From Pseudomonas aeruginosa (lineage in GTDB: Bacteria; Pseudomonadota; Gammaproteobacteria; Pseudomonadales; Pseudomonadaceae), in assembly GCF_001457615.1 (NCBI RefSeq), contig NZ_LN831024.1, positions 1,530,001 to 1,562,000 of the forward strand: a stretch of 32,000 bases of DNA. The letters are read 5' to 3'. Shown here in pieces: positions 16,476 through 27,381 of the stretch (its first letter is position 1; each line of letters begins with the position of its first letter). A program made the position numbers and the translations under genes. Under the pieces are notes generated by a model that made no database searches, had not been told where the DNA came from, and worked only from the letters and a program-made list of their open reading frames with translations.

Positions 16476-17518
16476 GCCCCGGCCTCCAGCAGTTTCCAGC
16501 GGAGTGTCTCGCCGGCGCGCAGCGGCACCACGTCGAAGTCGCCGAAGGGGAGGCTGGCGGGCGCCTGCCATTCCTCGCGGACCAGGGTGATCCGGTCGGT
16601 GTTGCGCGGCAGGCCATAGAAGTCCGGGCCGTGCAGGCTGGCGAAGCCTTCCAGCTTGTCCAGCGCATTGCGCTGTTCGAAGGCCTCGGCATACAGCTCG
16701 ATGGCGGCGTAGGCGCTGTAGCAGCCGGCGCAACCGCAGGCGGCTTCCTTGGCGTGGCGGGCGTGCGGCGCCGAGTCGGTGCCGAGGAAGAATTTCGGAT
16801 TGCCGCTCACCGCGGCGTCCAGCAGGGCTTCCTGGTGGGTGTTGCGCTTGAGGATCGGCAGGCAATAGAAGTGCGGACGGATACCGCCGACCAGCATGTG
16901 GTTGCGGTTGTACAGCAGGTGATGGGCGGTAATGGTCGCGCCGACGTTGGCCGGGGCTTCCCGGACGAACTGGGCGGCGTCGCCGGTGGTGATGTGCTCG
17001 AAGACCACCTTCAGGGTCGGGAAGCGCTCGACCACCCGGCGCAGGTGCTCGTCGATGAACTGCTTCTCACGATCGAATACGTCGACCTCGGCGCGGGTCA
17101 CCTCGCCATGCACCAGCAGCGGCATGCCGACCTCGGCCATCGCCTCGAGCGCTTCGAAGATATTGTCGATGCGGGTCACGCCAGAGTCCGAGTTGGTGGT
17201 GGCGCCTGCCGGATAGAGCTTGGCGGCATGCACAAAGCCGCTGGCCTTGGCGGTACGGATTTCCTCGGCGCTGGTGCGGTCGGTGAGGTACAGCACCATC
17301 AGCGGCTCGAAGCGGCTGGCGGCGGGGCGGGCGGCGAGGATGCGCTGCCGGTAGGCGTCGGCTTCGGCGGCGTTGCGCACCGGCGGCACCAGGTTCGGCA
17401 TGACGATGGCGCGGCCGAAGGTGCGGGCGGCGTCGCCGACGGTATTGGCCAGCGCGGCACCGTCACGCAGGTGAATGTGCCAGTCGTCGGGGCGCAGGAG
17501 GGTGAGACGGTCGGACAT
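16472..17518 (-). CDS. pyrC: Dihydroorotase (class II)
   Basis: ORF 16472..17614 is trimmed to the ATG at 17518 ([20 protein letters not shown], with the HxH metal motif). Confidence 0.93.
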   Translation of the reverse strand: MSDRLTLLRPDDWHIHLRDGAALANTVGDAARTFGRAIVMPNLVPPVRNAAEADAYRQRILAARPAASRFEPLMVLYLTDRTSAEEIRTAKASGFVHAAKLYPAGATTNSDSGVTRIDNIFEALEAMAEVGMPLLVHGEVTRAEVDVFDREKQFIDEHLRRVVERFPTLKVVFEHITTGDAAQFVREAPANVGATITAHHLLYNRNHMLVGGIRPHFYCLPILKRNTHQEALLDAAVSGNPKFFLGTDSAPHARHAKEAACGCAGCYSAYAAIELYAEAFEQRNALDKLEGFASLHGPDFYGLPRNTDRITLVREEWQAPASLPFGDFDVVPLRAGETLRWKLLEAGA

Positions 17519-17650
17519 GGGGCTTCCAGGACGGGATTTCGTGGGGGGAAATGCTACCGGAAAAGGGGGGGCGGGGCACTCGCTATCAAGTTTTGTCCGG
17601 GCCGTCCGATACATCCTTCGTATTTGGACGCTTTCCCGGAGCCCGCCGTC

Positions 17651-18616
17651 GTGCAGCCGCGCCTTCTTCTATTGCCTTTCCTGCTCAGCAGCCTGCCGGC
17701 GCTGGCGGTGACCTTCCAGACGCGGCTGGAGAGCGTCGAGTGGAAGGTCGAAGGCGACCAGTTCGAATGCCGCCTGTCGCAGCCGGTGGCGAATTTCGGG
17801 GTCGGCGAGTTCGTCCGGCGTGCCGGCGAGCAGGCGACCTTCCGCCTGAAGCCCGAGGCCCAGTGGCTGGGGCGCGGGTCGGCGACCCTGCTGGCTGCCG
17901 CGCCGCCCTGGCGACCGGGACAGGGCGACATCAACCTTGGCCAGGTCAGCATCGGTAGCGGCGAGGTGCCGTTCAACAGCAACCAGCAACAGGCCGGTCG
18001 GTTGCTCACCGGCCTGCTCGAGGGGCGCAGCCCGCTGGTCCGCCATCGCACCTGGCAGGGCGATCGCCTGGAGGTGCGCCTGCTGCCGGCGCGCTTCGCC
18101 AGCGTCTACAGCCAGTACCAGGCCTGCATCGCCAAGCTGCTGCCGGTGAACTTCGACCAGGTCAAGCTGGCCCAGGTCGGCTTCCCCGACGGCGGCACGG
18201 CGCTGAACGACGTGGCGCGAGCCAAGCTGGACATCATCCTGCAACTGCTCAAGGCCGATCCGAGCATCAACCGGATCGAACTCGACGGGCACTCCGACAA
18301 CAGCGGCAACCGCCTGACCAACCGCGACCTGTCGCGCCGCCGCGCGCTGGCGGTGCAGGAGTACCTGAAGAGCAACGGGGTGCCGGAAAGCCAGATCAAC
18401 GTGCGCTTCTATGGCGAGCGCTACCCGCTGGTGGCCAACAACAGCGCCGCCAACCGTGCGCGCAACCGCCGGGTCACCGTGCACCTGTCGCGCGAGGCGG
18501 TGGTCGAGCCGGCGACGGAAGCGCCGAAGGCCGAGGACAAGCCGGCGCCGCCCGCGGCAGAACCTGCCGCACCGAAGCCTCCGGCCGCCTCGCTTCAGGG
18601 AAAACCCACGGTTTGA
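17651..18616 (+). CDS. motY: Flagellar stator-associated protein MotY (OmpA-like C-terminal domain)
   Basis: The long ORF 16631..18616 is trimmed to the GTG at 17651, with GGAG 11 nt upstream. It has the signal peptide [19 protein letters not shown] and the OmpA/peptidoglycan-binding motif [26 protein letters not shown]. The tail is Pro/Ala/Lys-rich. The start codon is uncertain. Confidence 0.8.
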   Translation: MQPRLLLLPFLLSSLPALAVTFQTRLESVEWKVEGDQFECRLSQPVANFGVGEFVRRAGEQATFRLKPEAQWLGRGSATLLAAAPPWRPGQGDINLGQVSIGSGEVPFNSNQQQAGRLLTGLLEGRSPLVRHRTWQGDRLEVRLLPARFASVYSQYQACIAKLLPVNFDQVKLAQVGFPDGGTALNDVARAKLDIILQLLKADPSINRIELDGHSDNSGNRLTNRDLSRRRALAVQEYLKSNGVPESQINVRFYGERYPLVANNSAANRARNRRVTVHLSREAVVEPATEAPKAEDKPAPPAAEPAAPKPPAASLQGKPTV

Positions 18617-18628
18617 GTCGCGCAAACG

Positions 18629-18712
18629 ATAGAATCTGTCGCTTTTGCGTCTAAAGCTGTCGCCCCTCTGTAATTTCCCGAATGCCCTGCGTAGAATTGT
18701 CGCTTTTCGTGA
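18629..18712 (+). promoter_or_regulatory. Candidate argG promoter(s) with three TGTCGC ArgR-type boxes
   Basis: TGTCGC occurs at 18637, 18658 (21-bp spacing; the second is TGTCGC-N8-AA-N5 exact) and 18698. The first and third copies sit in a direct repeat TAGAAT(C)TGTCGCTTTT(G)CGT, whose TAGAAT parts look like -10 hexamers. Confidence 0.45.
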
Positions 18713-18733
18713 CGACCCCCGTGGAGTGATGGC

Positions 18734-19951
<1,218 letters not shown>

Positions 19952-19976
19952 TCGATGCGCGCCGCCTGCGATGGAA

Positions 19977-20009
19977 CGAAGAACCCCGGCCATGAGCCGG
20001 GGTTCTTCG
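19977..20009. terminator. Bidirectional terminator hairpin between convergent argG and gloA
   Basis: Perfect 14-bp stem CGAAGAACCCCGGC / GCCGGGGTTCTTCG with a 5-nt loop. Confidence 0.65.
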
Positions 20010-20042
20010 TTACGGATTGCTGAAAGCGATAGCCGGGGCCGT

Positions 20043-20429
20043 TCAGGAAGACTTCTGGATCAGTTCGATCTTGTAGCCGTCCGGGTCGGTCACGAAGGCG
20101 ATCACGGTGGTGCCGTGCTTCATCGGCCCGGCTTCGCGGGTGACCTGGCCGCCGTTGTTGCGGATGTCGTCGCAGGCCTGGTAGGCGTCGTCGACCTCGA
20201 TGGCGATATGGCCGTAGCCGGTGCCGATCTCGTAGGCATCCACGCCCCAGTTGTGGGTAAGCTCGATCACCGCGGAATCCGCCTCGTTGCCATAGCCGAC
20301 GAAGGCGAGGGTGAACTGGCCGTCGGGATAGTCGTTCTTCCTGAGCAGGGTCATGCCTAGCACCCGGGTATAGAAATCGATCGAGCGATCGATGTTTCCG
20401 ACCCGGATCATGGTATGGAGAATGCGCAT
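20043..20429 (-). CDS. gloA: Lactoylglutathione lyase (glyoxalase I)
   Basis: ORF 20043..20456 is trimmed to the ATG at 20429 ([26 protein letters not shown], parallel to the E. coli GloA N-terminus). Confidence 0.92.
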   Translation of the reverse strand: MRILHTMIRVGNIDRSIDFYTRVLGMTLLRKNDYPDGQFTLAFVGYGNEADSAVIELTHNWGVDAYEIGTGYGHIAIEVDDAYQACDDIRNNGGQVTREAGPMKHGTTVIAFVTDPDGYKIELIQKSS

Positions 20430-20712
20430 TTTCAGTGCCTCGAGCTTCACGGTCAAAGGCGGATTTTACCATGCGGCCGGCAACCGGCTGCGAGATCGGG
20501 ATCGTCCCCGTCCCGGCGACCGGCCCTTTGCCGGACTTCCCTTCCTACAGGGTTTTTCGCCTCTTCCCTGAGCTGGCCGTCGATAGCCGGTCGGCCTGCC
20601 TCCGCCACCCTCCCGGGCTGCCCGCTGCGTCTCCGAGCGTGCCAGGTGTCCCGCCTCCGGTGAGCTGCCGAAAGCTCGCTGCGCCTTCGCCATGAGGACG
20701 GAAAAAGGGGGG

Positions 20713-20743
20713 TTGACCTTACCAAGGTGTCAAGGTCGATAAC
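20713..20743 (+). promoter_or_regulatory. MerR/CueR-type promoter-operator of mexP
   Basis: TTGACC-TTACCAAGGTGTCAAGGTC-GATAAC: a -35 hexamer, a 19-nt spacer (the MerR-family hallmark) and a -10. The dyad ACCTTacca-agg-tgtcAAGGT spans the spacer. It lies 62 nt upstream of the mexP ATG. Confidence 0.65.
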
Positions 20744-20804
20744 CGGCCACGGAAGCGGTTTCGTCCAGCCAGGCCACGCAGGCTCAGACCAGGAAGGCAT
20801 AACA

Positions 20805-21962
20805 ATGAATCTCAGACACTTCATCCGCATCACCGCGACGCTAGGCGTCGCGGCCCTTATCGCTGGCTGCGGGGAATCGGCGCCGCCCGGGGCGGCGAGC
20901 GCCCCGCCAAGCGTTCCCGTCGCCGAGGTGGTGGTTCGCCCGGTGACACCCTACGCCGAGTTCACCGGCTCGCTGACCGCTGTCGAGCAGGTAGAACTAC
21001 GGCCGCGCGTCGCCGGCTACATCCAGGACGTTACGGTGCCGGAAGGCCGCCTGGTAGAGAAGGGCCAGCAACTGTTCCTCATCGACCCGCGCGTGTTCAA
21101 GGCGGCGCAGGATGCCGCCAGGGCACGCCTGCGCGAGGCCGAGGCCGCGGCGTTGCTGGCGCGCACCGAACACGAGCGAGCCGAGCTGCTGTATGCGCGG
21201 AAGGTCGTCGCCCGGGAGCGGCTCGACAGCGCCATCGCCTCGCGCAATGCCAGCAAGGCCCAGGTCGATGCGGCCAGGGCCGCCCTCGACGCGGCGCAAC
21301 TGGATCTCGGCTTCACGCGGGTGACGGCACCGATCGGCGGGCGTGTCGGGCATATCCAGGTCACCGAGGGCAACTACGTCACCAATGGCGTCACCGCGCT
21401 GACCAGCATCGTCTCGGTCGATCCGCTGTACGTGTACTTCGATGTCGACGAGCGCACCTACCTGCAGGCCCTGGCGCCGACCCGCGGCAGGGAAGGCGAG
21501 CAGGCCCCCAGGGTCAAGGTGGCGTTGCTCACCGACGAGTCCTATGGACGAAGCAGTCGCCTCGATTTCCTCGCCAATGCCGCCGACCGCGGGACCGGCA
21601 CGGTCCGGGTTCGGGCGGTGGTCGACAACCCGGACGGGCAACTGACGCCGGGGCTGTTCGCCAAGGTCAGGCTGGAGACCGGCAAGCCTCGCGAGCAGGT
21701 GCTGGTCGCCGACCATTCCATCGGCACCGACCAGGGCCGGCGCTATGTGCTGGTCGTCGACGAAGGCAACAAGACCCAGTACCGGCCGGTGGAACTCGGG
21801 CCGATGGTCGACGGCCTGCGGGTCGTCCGCCAGGGCCTGCAGCCGGGCGAGCGCATCGTCGTCAAGGGCCTGGTGCGGCCGGACATGCAGATCACGCCGC
21901 TCCTTGCGGAAATCGATGGCACGCCCGTCGACCTGTCGAAGACCGTGGGGGCCGCACAATGA
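20805..21962 (+). CDS. mexP: RND efflux membrane-fusion (periplasmic adaptor) lipoprotein
   Basis: ORF 20727..21962 is trimmed to the ATG at 20805 (MNLRHFIRITATLGVAALIAGCGE, with the lipobox LIAGC), after AGGAAGG. It has an HlyD/MFP-like coiled-coil region. Its stop overlaps the mexQ start (ATGA). Confidence 0.9.
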   Translation: MNLRHFIRITATLGVAALIAGCGESAPPGAASAPPSVPVAEVVVRPVTPYAEFTGSLTAVEQVELRPRVAGYIQDVTVPEGRLVEKGQQLFLIDPRVFKAAQDAARARLREAEAAALLARTEHERAELLYARKVVARERLDSAIASRNASKAQVDAARAALDAAQLDLGFTRVTAPIGGRVGHIQVTEGNYVTNGVTALTSIVSVDPLYVYFDVDERTYLQALAPTRGREGEQAPRVKVALLTDESYGRSSRLDFLANAADRGTGTVRVRAVVDNPDGQLTPGLFAKVRLETGKPREQVLVADHSIGTDQGRRYVLVVDEGNKTQYRPVELGPMVDGLRVVRQGLQPGERIVVKGLVRPDMQITPLLAEIDGTPVDLSKTVGAAQ

Positions 21963-24900
21963 CATTCCCACGCTTCTTCATCGATAGACCGATCTTCGCC
22001 ATCGTTCTTTCGGTGCTGATGATGATCGGAGGCATCGTTTCGTTCTTCCAGTTGCCGCTGAGCGAATACCCGGCGGTGACGCCGCCGACCGTGCAGGTGA
22101 CCACCGCCTATCCCGGCGCCAACCCCGACGTGATCGCGCAGACGGTGGCGACGCCGCTGGAGCAGGCGATCACCGGGGTCGAGGGGATGCTGTACATGTC
22201 CTCGCAGTCGGCCACCGACGGGCGAATGATCCTGACCATCACCTTCGACCAGCACATCGATCCCGACATGGCCCAGATCCAGGTGCAGAACCGGGTCTCG
22301 CGGGTGCTCTCGCGCCTGCCCGACGAGGTGCAGCGGCAGGGCGTGGTCACCCAGAAGACCTCGCCGGACATCCTCATGGTGGTGCACCTGCTGTCGCCGG
22401 AGCAACGCTACGACCCGCTGTACATCTCGAACTACGCCTACCTCCAGGTGCGCGACGAACTGCTGCGCCTGCCGGGGATCAGCGATGTGGTGGTGTGGGG
22501 CGCCGGCGAATACAGCATGCGCCTGTGGCTCGACCCCGACCTGATCGCCGCGCGTGGGCTGACGGCGGGCGAGGTGATCGCCGCGGTTCGCGAGCAGAAC
22601 GTCCAGGTGGCGGCCGGCGCCGTCGGCCAGGCGCCGGACTCCACCGCGGCCTTCCAGGTCACGGTGAATACCCTCGGGCGCCTGAGCGACGAAGAGCAGT
22701 TCGGCGACATCATCGTCCGCACCGGCGCCGACGGCCAGGTGACGCGCCTGCGCGACGTCGCGCGGATCGAGATGGGCGGCGATGCCTATGCGCTGCGCAG
22801 CCTGCTGGACGGCGAGCCGGCGGTGGCCTTGCAGATCGTCCAGAGCCCCGGAGCCAACGCGCTGGATACCGCCGAGGCGGTGCGTGCCACCGTGGCGAGG
22901 CTCGAAGGCAACTTCCCGGCCGGCCTGAGCGCGCGCATCGCCTACGACCCGACAGTGTTCGTCCGCGCTTCGTTGCAGACCGTGGCCACCACCCTGCTGG
23001 AGGCGATCCTGCTGGTCGTGGTGGTGGTGGTGCTGTTCCTGCGTAGCTGGCGTGCTTCGCTGATTCCGCTGATGGCCGTGCCGGTCTCGCTGGTCGGCAC
23101 CTTCGCCGTCATGCACCTGATGGGTTTCTCGCTGAATACCCTGTCGCTGTTCGGCCTGGTGCTGTCGATCGGCATCGTCGTCGATGACGCCATCGTGGTG
23201 GTGGAAAACGTCGAGCGCCACATCGAGAACGGCGAGCCGCCGCTCCAGGCCGCGCGGCGTGCGATGGACGAGGTCACCGGACCGATCATGGCGATCACCT
23301 CGGTGCTGGCGGCAGTGTTCATCCCCACGGCCTTTCTCAGTGGCCTGCAGGGCGAGTTCTATCGTCAGTTCGCCCTGACCATCGCCATCTCCACCATCCT
23401 GTCGGCGCTCAACTCGCTGACCCTCAGCCCGGCCCTGGCGGGCCTGCTGTTGCGTCCGCGGCCGGCCGGAGGTGCGGTGGCGGGCGCTTCCAGCGACTGC
23501 TCCAGGTCCTCGGCCGACCGTTGCGAAATGCCCCCGAGGCCTACGGCAACGCGGTGCGCAAGGTGGTGCGGGTGAGCGGCCTGGCTCTGGTGGTGTATGG
23601 GGCCTGCTTGGCCTGACCTGGGTCGGTTTCCAGGCGGTGCCACCGGGCTTCGTGCCAATGCAGGACAAGTACTATCTGGTCGGCATCGCCCAGTTGCCGA
23701 ACGGAGCGTCGCTGGAGCGTACCGATGCGGTGGTCAGGCAGATGTCCCGGATCGGCCTCGAGGAGCCGGGGTGGAGAGCGTCGTGGCCTTCCCGGGCCTG
23801 TCGGTGAACGGTTTCGTCAACGTGCCGAACGCCGCGGTCATGTTCTTCATGCTCGACCCGTTCGAATCGCGCACCTCCGCCGATCTCGCCGCGCTGGCCA
23901 TCGCCGGGCGCCTGCAAGCCAGGTTCGCCAGCATTCCCGACGGCTTCCTCGGGGTCTTCCCGCCGCCGCCGGTACCGGGGCTGGGAACCATCGGCGGCTT
24001 CAAGATGCAGGTCGAGGATCGCGGCGGCGCCGGGCTGGAAGCCCTGGCCAGGCAGACCCAGGTGCTGATGATGAAGGCCACTGAGTCCGGCCAGCTCGGG
24101 GGCTTGATGACCAGCTTCGATATCAATGCCCCGCAGCTCGAGGTGGTGGTCGACCGCACCAAGGTGAAGAGCCAGGGCGTTCGTCTGGCCGATGTGTTCG
24201 AGGCATTGCAGGTCTACCTCGGCTCGCTGTACATCAACGACTTCAACCGCTTCGGGCGCACCTACAAGGTCACTGCCCAGGCCGATGCGCCGCACCGCAT
24301 GCAGGCCGAAGCCATCGGGCGCCTGCAGGTACGCAATGCCGCCGGGGCGATGTTGCCGCTGTCCTCGTTCGTCACCGTGACGCCCAGCTCCGGTCCCGAC
24401 CGGGTGATCCACTACAACGGCTATCCGTCGGCGGATATCAGCGGCGGCGCGCTTCCCGGCGTCAGTTCGGGACAGGCGGTGGCGTTGATGGAGCGCCTGG
24501 CCGGCGAAGTGCTGCCCGAGGGCATGACCTTCGAATGGACCGACCTGACCTACCAGCAGAAGCTGGCCGGCAACAGCGCGCTGTTCATCTTCCCGCTGTG
24601 CGTGCTGCTGGCCTACCTGATCCTCGCCGCGCAGTACAACAGCTGGCTGTTGCCGCTGGCGGTCCTGCTGATCGTGCCGATGTGCCTGCTCAGCGCGATC
24701 GCCGGGGTGTGGCTGATGGGCGGCGACAACAACGTGTTCGTCCAGATCGGGCTGGTGGTGCTGGTCGGCCTGGCGGCGAAGAACGCGATCCTGATCGTCG
24801 AGTTCGCCCGCACGCTGGAGGCCGAGGGCGCCCGTGCGCTGGAGGCGGTGGTCGAGGCTTGCCGCCTGCGCCTGCGGCCGATCCTGATGACCTCGCTGGC

Positions 24901-25117
24901 GTTCATCGCCGGCGTGGTGCCGTTGGTCATGGCCAGCGGCGCCGGAGCGGAAATGCGCCAGGCCATGGGCGTCGCGGTATTCGCCGGGATGCTCGGGGTG
25001 ACGCTGTTCGGCCTGTTCCTCACGCCAGTGTTCTACGTACTGGTACGGGCACTGGCGGCGCGCCTGGAGCGACGCGCCGGCGGCAGCCTGGCGCATCTGG
25101 AGGGAGGCCGTCCATGA
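21959..25117 (+). pseudogene. mexQ: RND inner-membrane transporter, reading frame interrupted by three -1 frameshifts
   Basis: The N-terminal 538-aa ORF (21959..23575) and the C-terminal ORF (23597..25117) are in the same frame. The conserved RND sequence between them must be read first in frame 1 (FQRLLQVLGRPLRNAPEAYGNAVRKVVRVSGLALVVYG), then in frame 3 (GLLGLTWVGFQAVPPGFVPMQDKYYLVGIAQLPNGASLERTDAVVRQMSRIGLEEPG), before returning to frame 2 (VESVVAFPGLSVNGF...). The switch points are near 23462-23487, 23599-23602 and 23768-23771, all G-runs. Confidence 0.8.
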
Positions 25118-26589
25118 AGCCATACCTGCGGTCTTCGTTGAGCGCGCTGATCCTGCTGGGCGGCTGTGCCGCGGTGGGGCCCGACTATGCGCCGCCGAGC
25201 GCGTCCGCACCGGCCAGCTTCGGCGCGATGCCGGCGGGTATCGATGGCGGTGGCGTGGAGATCGAGTGGTGGCGCGGGTTCGACGAGCCAGACCTGGAGT
25301 CTCTGATCCAGCGGGCGCTCGCGGCGAACCTCGACATCGCCCTTGCCGGCGCGCGCCTGGACGAAGCGAAGGCGCTGCTGCGCGAGAACCGCGAAGAGTT
25401 CCTGCCGCGCGGCGGCCCGGCGTTCGATTACCAGGCCCGGCGGCGCGGCGAGGTGGAAACACCGGCCGGCCAGCAGCGCGACATCGAGACCTATCGCGGC
25501 GCGCTGGATGCTTCCTGGGAAATCGACCTGTTCGGCCGGGTGCGGCGCTCGGTGGAGGCCGCCGAGGCGCAGGCGGGCTCGCGCGAGGCCCTGCTGCGCA
25601 ACGTGCAGGCGAGCGTCGCGGCTACGGTTGCCATGACCTGGTTCCAGCTACAGGGCATCGAGGCCGAACTTGCGGTGGTCCATGACATCGCCGGCAACCA
25701 GCGCGACAGCCTGGAGATGGTCGAACGCCTGGTCAGCGCCGGCTCCGCCCACGAGTTCGACCGGTTGCGCGCCGAAGCGTTATTGCACAACGTCGAGGCG
25801 GCCGTGCCCGACCTCGAACGGCGCCGCGCCGCCACCCGCAATGCGCTGGCCGTTCTCCTTGCGGAAGCCCCGCAGGCCTTCAGCCCGCCGGTCGCCCGTG
25901 CCTCCGGGGAAAGGCTGACGCTCCGCACCCTCGGGGTCGGCGACCCGGCGGGACTGCTGGCGCGTCGCGCCGACATCGCCGCGGCCGAACGCAACCTGGC
26001 GGCCGCGACCGCACGTATCGGCGTCGAGACCGCGGGGCTGTATCCGCAGGTCGAGGTACGCGGCTCGATCGGCCTGGTCGCCGGCAATCTCGATGCTTTG
26101 GACGAGAGTGGTACGTCCTTCAACGTCCTGAACCCGGTGATTCGCTGGGCGTTACTCGACCGCGGTCGCGTGCGGGCGCGGATCGCCGCCAGCGAGGCCC
26201 GTGCGCAGGAGGCATTGATCCTCTACGACCGGACGGTGCTGCGCGCCCTGCAGGAGACCGATGATGCCTTCAACGGCTATGGCGCTGCCGCTGACAGGCT
26301 CCGCCTGCGCCTGCTCGAGGCGACGGCCAATCGCGAGGCGGCGCGCCTGGCCCGGGAACGCTTCGTCCAGGGGGACGGCGAGTACCTGGACGTGCTCGAG
26401 GCGGAACGCTCGGACTACCTCAGCCGGCGCGCATTGAGCATCGCGCGCACCGAGCAGCGCCTTGCCGTCGTGGGTATCTACAAGGCGCTGGGTGGTGGCT
26501 GGGAAGCCTGCGCGGGGGCGCGGCGCTGTGGCGTGGCTACCGACGATACCTCTCCAGGCGTGGCACGGCAGCGCGACAGTCGCTCCTGA
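25114..26589 (+). CDS. opmE: RND efflux outer-membrane factor lipoprotein (NodT/OprM family)
   Basis: ORF 24535..26589 is trimmed to the ATG at 25114 (MKPYLRSSLSALILLGGCAAVGPDY, with lipobox LLGGC and the typical GPDY). The start overlaps the mexQ stop (ATGA). Confidence 0.9.
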   Translation: MKPYLRSSLSALILLGGCAAVGPDYAPPSASAPASFGAMPAGIDGGGVEIEWWRGFDEPDLESLIQRALAANLDIALAGARLDEAKALLRENREEFLPRGGPAFDYQARRRGEVETPAGQQRDIETYRGALDASWEIDLFGRVRRSVEAAEAQAGSREALLRNVQASVAATVAMTWFQLQGIEAELAVVHDIAGNQRDSLEMVERLVSAGSAHEFDRLRAEALLHNVEAAVPDLERRRAATRNALAVLLAEAPQAFSPPVARASGERLTLRTLGVGDPAGLLARRADIAAAERNLAAATARIGVETAGLYPQVEVRGSIGLVAGNLDALDESGTSFNVLNPVIRWALLDRGRVRARIAASEARAQEALILYDRTVLRALQETDDAFNGYGAAADRLRLRLLEATANREAARLARERFVQGDGEYLDVLEAERSDYLSRRALSIARTEQRLAVVGIYKALGGGWEACAGARRCGVATDDTSPGVARQRDSRS

Positions 26590-26595
26590 TCAGCC

Positions 26596-26618
26596 GCCGG
26601 CGGTTTCCGGCCGCCGGC
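26596..26618 (+). terminator. GC hairpin after opmE (candidate terminator)
   Basis: GCCGGCGG-tttccgg-CCGCCGGC beginning 7 nt after the stop. The U-tract is weak (CTTCG). Confidence 0.35.
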
Positions 26619-27125
26619 CTTCGCTCGACTGCCTGGGTCGAGGGCCGTGCGGCGCGTCCTCCGGTTATTTGGCGAACCCCGGGAGTACGGATTGCCTGGC
26701 GCGGATCGCTCGTCCCTGTCCGCCTTATCGATAAGTCGGTTCCGAACTCTTTTTCGGTAGTTCATTCAGATGGATGAGTGAAGAGGGCAGATGGAAAGTA
26801 TCTGCTCGGGACTTCAATGTTCAGAAGAGTGGGGAAGTATTACTTTCTCATTGTTCTTCAGGTACGTTCCGGCTGCCCGCCGTTTCTTATTGAACGAGGT
26901 CACTCCTGTGCCTCTGCGCTCGCGCCGCACGGAGACGTCGAATACATATCGTCGAGAGGTTCTTCAGTGGTGAGTGGAGCTGGCTGAGGCGGTATCTCGG
27001 TTGCCTGGCGGAGTTGTTCTATATGTTCGTTCTTGGCTTTGCCCGTTGTTTGAAGTTTGCGGAATAACCTCTGGAACTATTCATATGAATTTTTGAAAGT
27101 TTGGTTTACCTGAGAGATTTATGAG

Positions 27126-27156
27126 TTGACCTTGTCACGATGGCAGGACTCATGGT
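27126..27156 (+). promoter_or_regulatory. MerR/CueR-type promoter-operator of the copper chaperone gene
   Basis: TTGACC-TTGTCACGATGGCAGGACT-CATGGT: a 19-nt spacer and an imperfect dyad CTTGTCA-cga-TGGCAGG. It shares TTGACCTTG.CAC..TGGCA.G with the site at 27716. It lies 31 nt upstream of the ATG at 27187. Confidence 0.6.
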
Positions 27157-27186
27157 TCGCAGGAGTCAACAAACCAGGAGGTTGCG

Positions 27187-27381
27187 ATGTTTTCTTTCCA
27201 TATTCCGAACATGACCTGCGGCGGTTGTGCCAAGACTGTCACCCGTATCCTGCACGGCGTCGATCCCCAGGCGCGCGTAGAGACCGATCCCCCTCGGCGC
27301 GAGGCTAGGGTCGAGAGCACTCTGGACAAGCACGCATTCCTCGAGGCGTTGAGCGAGGCCGGTTATCCGGAGGGCCGTTGA
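27187..27381 (+). CDS. copZ: Small heavy-metal-associated (HMA) copper chaperone, CopZ-like
   Basis: 64-aa ORF MFSFHIPNMTCGGCAKTV... with the MxCxxC metal-binding motif and a ferredoxin-like fold length. A strong RBS AGGAGG lies 6 nt upstream. Confidence 0.88.
   Translation: MFSFHIPNMTCGGCAKTVTRILHGVDPQARVETDPPRREARVESTLDKHAFLEALSEAGYPEGR

Noticed and set aside
20415-20695. ORFs 20415..20663, 20435..20695 (plus) and 20453..20833, 20466..20693 (minus) in the gloA-mexP intergenic region.
   Set aside because: They overlap each other on both strands, are Pro/Arg/Ser-rich, and have no RBS or motif. The region more plausibly holds the gloA and mexP promoters.
23460-23775. Programmed ribosomal frameshifting as an explanation for the mexQ frame changes.
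   Set aside because: It would need three consecutive shifts. There are no slippery heptamers or downstream structures, and each site is simply a G-run one base short of in-frame. Mutation or sequencing error is far more parsimonious.
26778-26987. Small ORFs 26778..26987 and 26791..26973 in the low-GC spacer.
   Set aside because: The first uses a GTG start with no RBS, and neither translation has recognisable features. The region is kept as a finding for its composition, not as genes.
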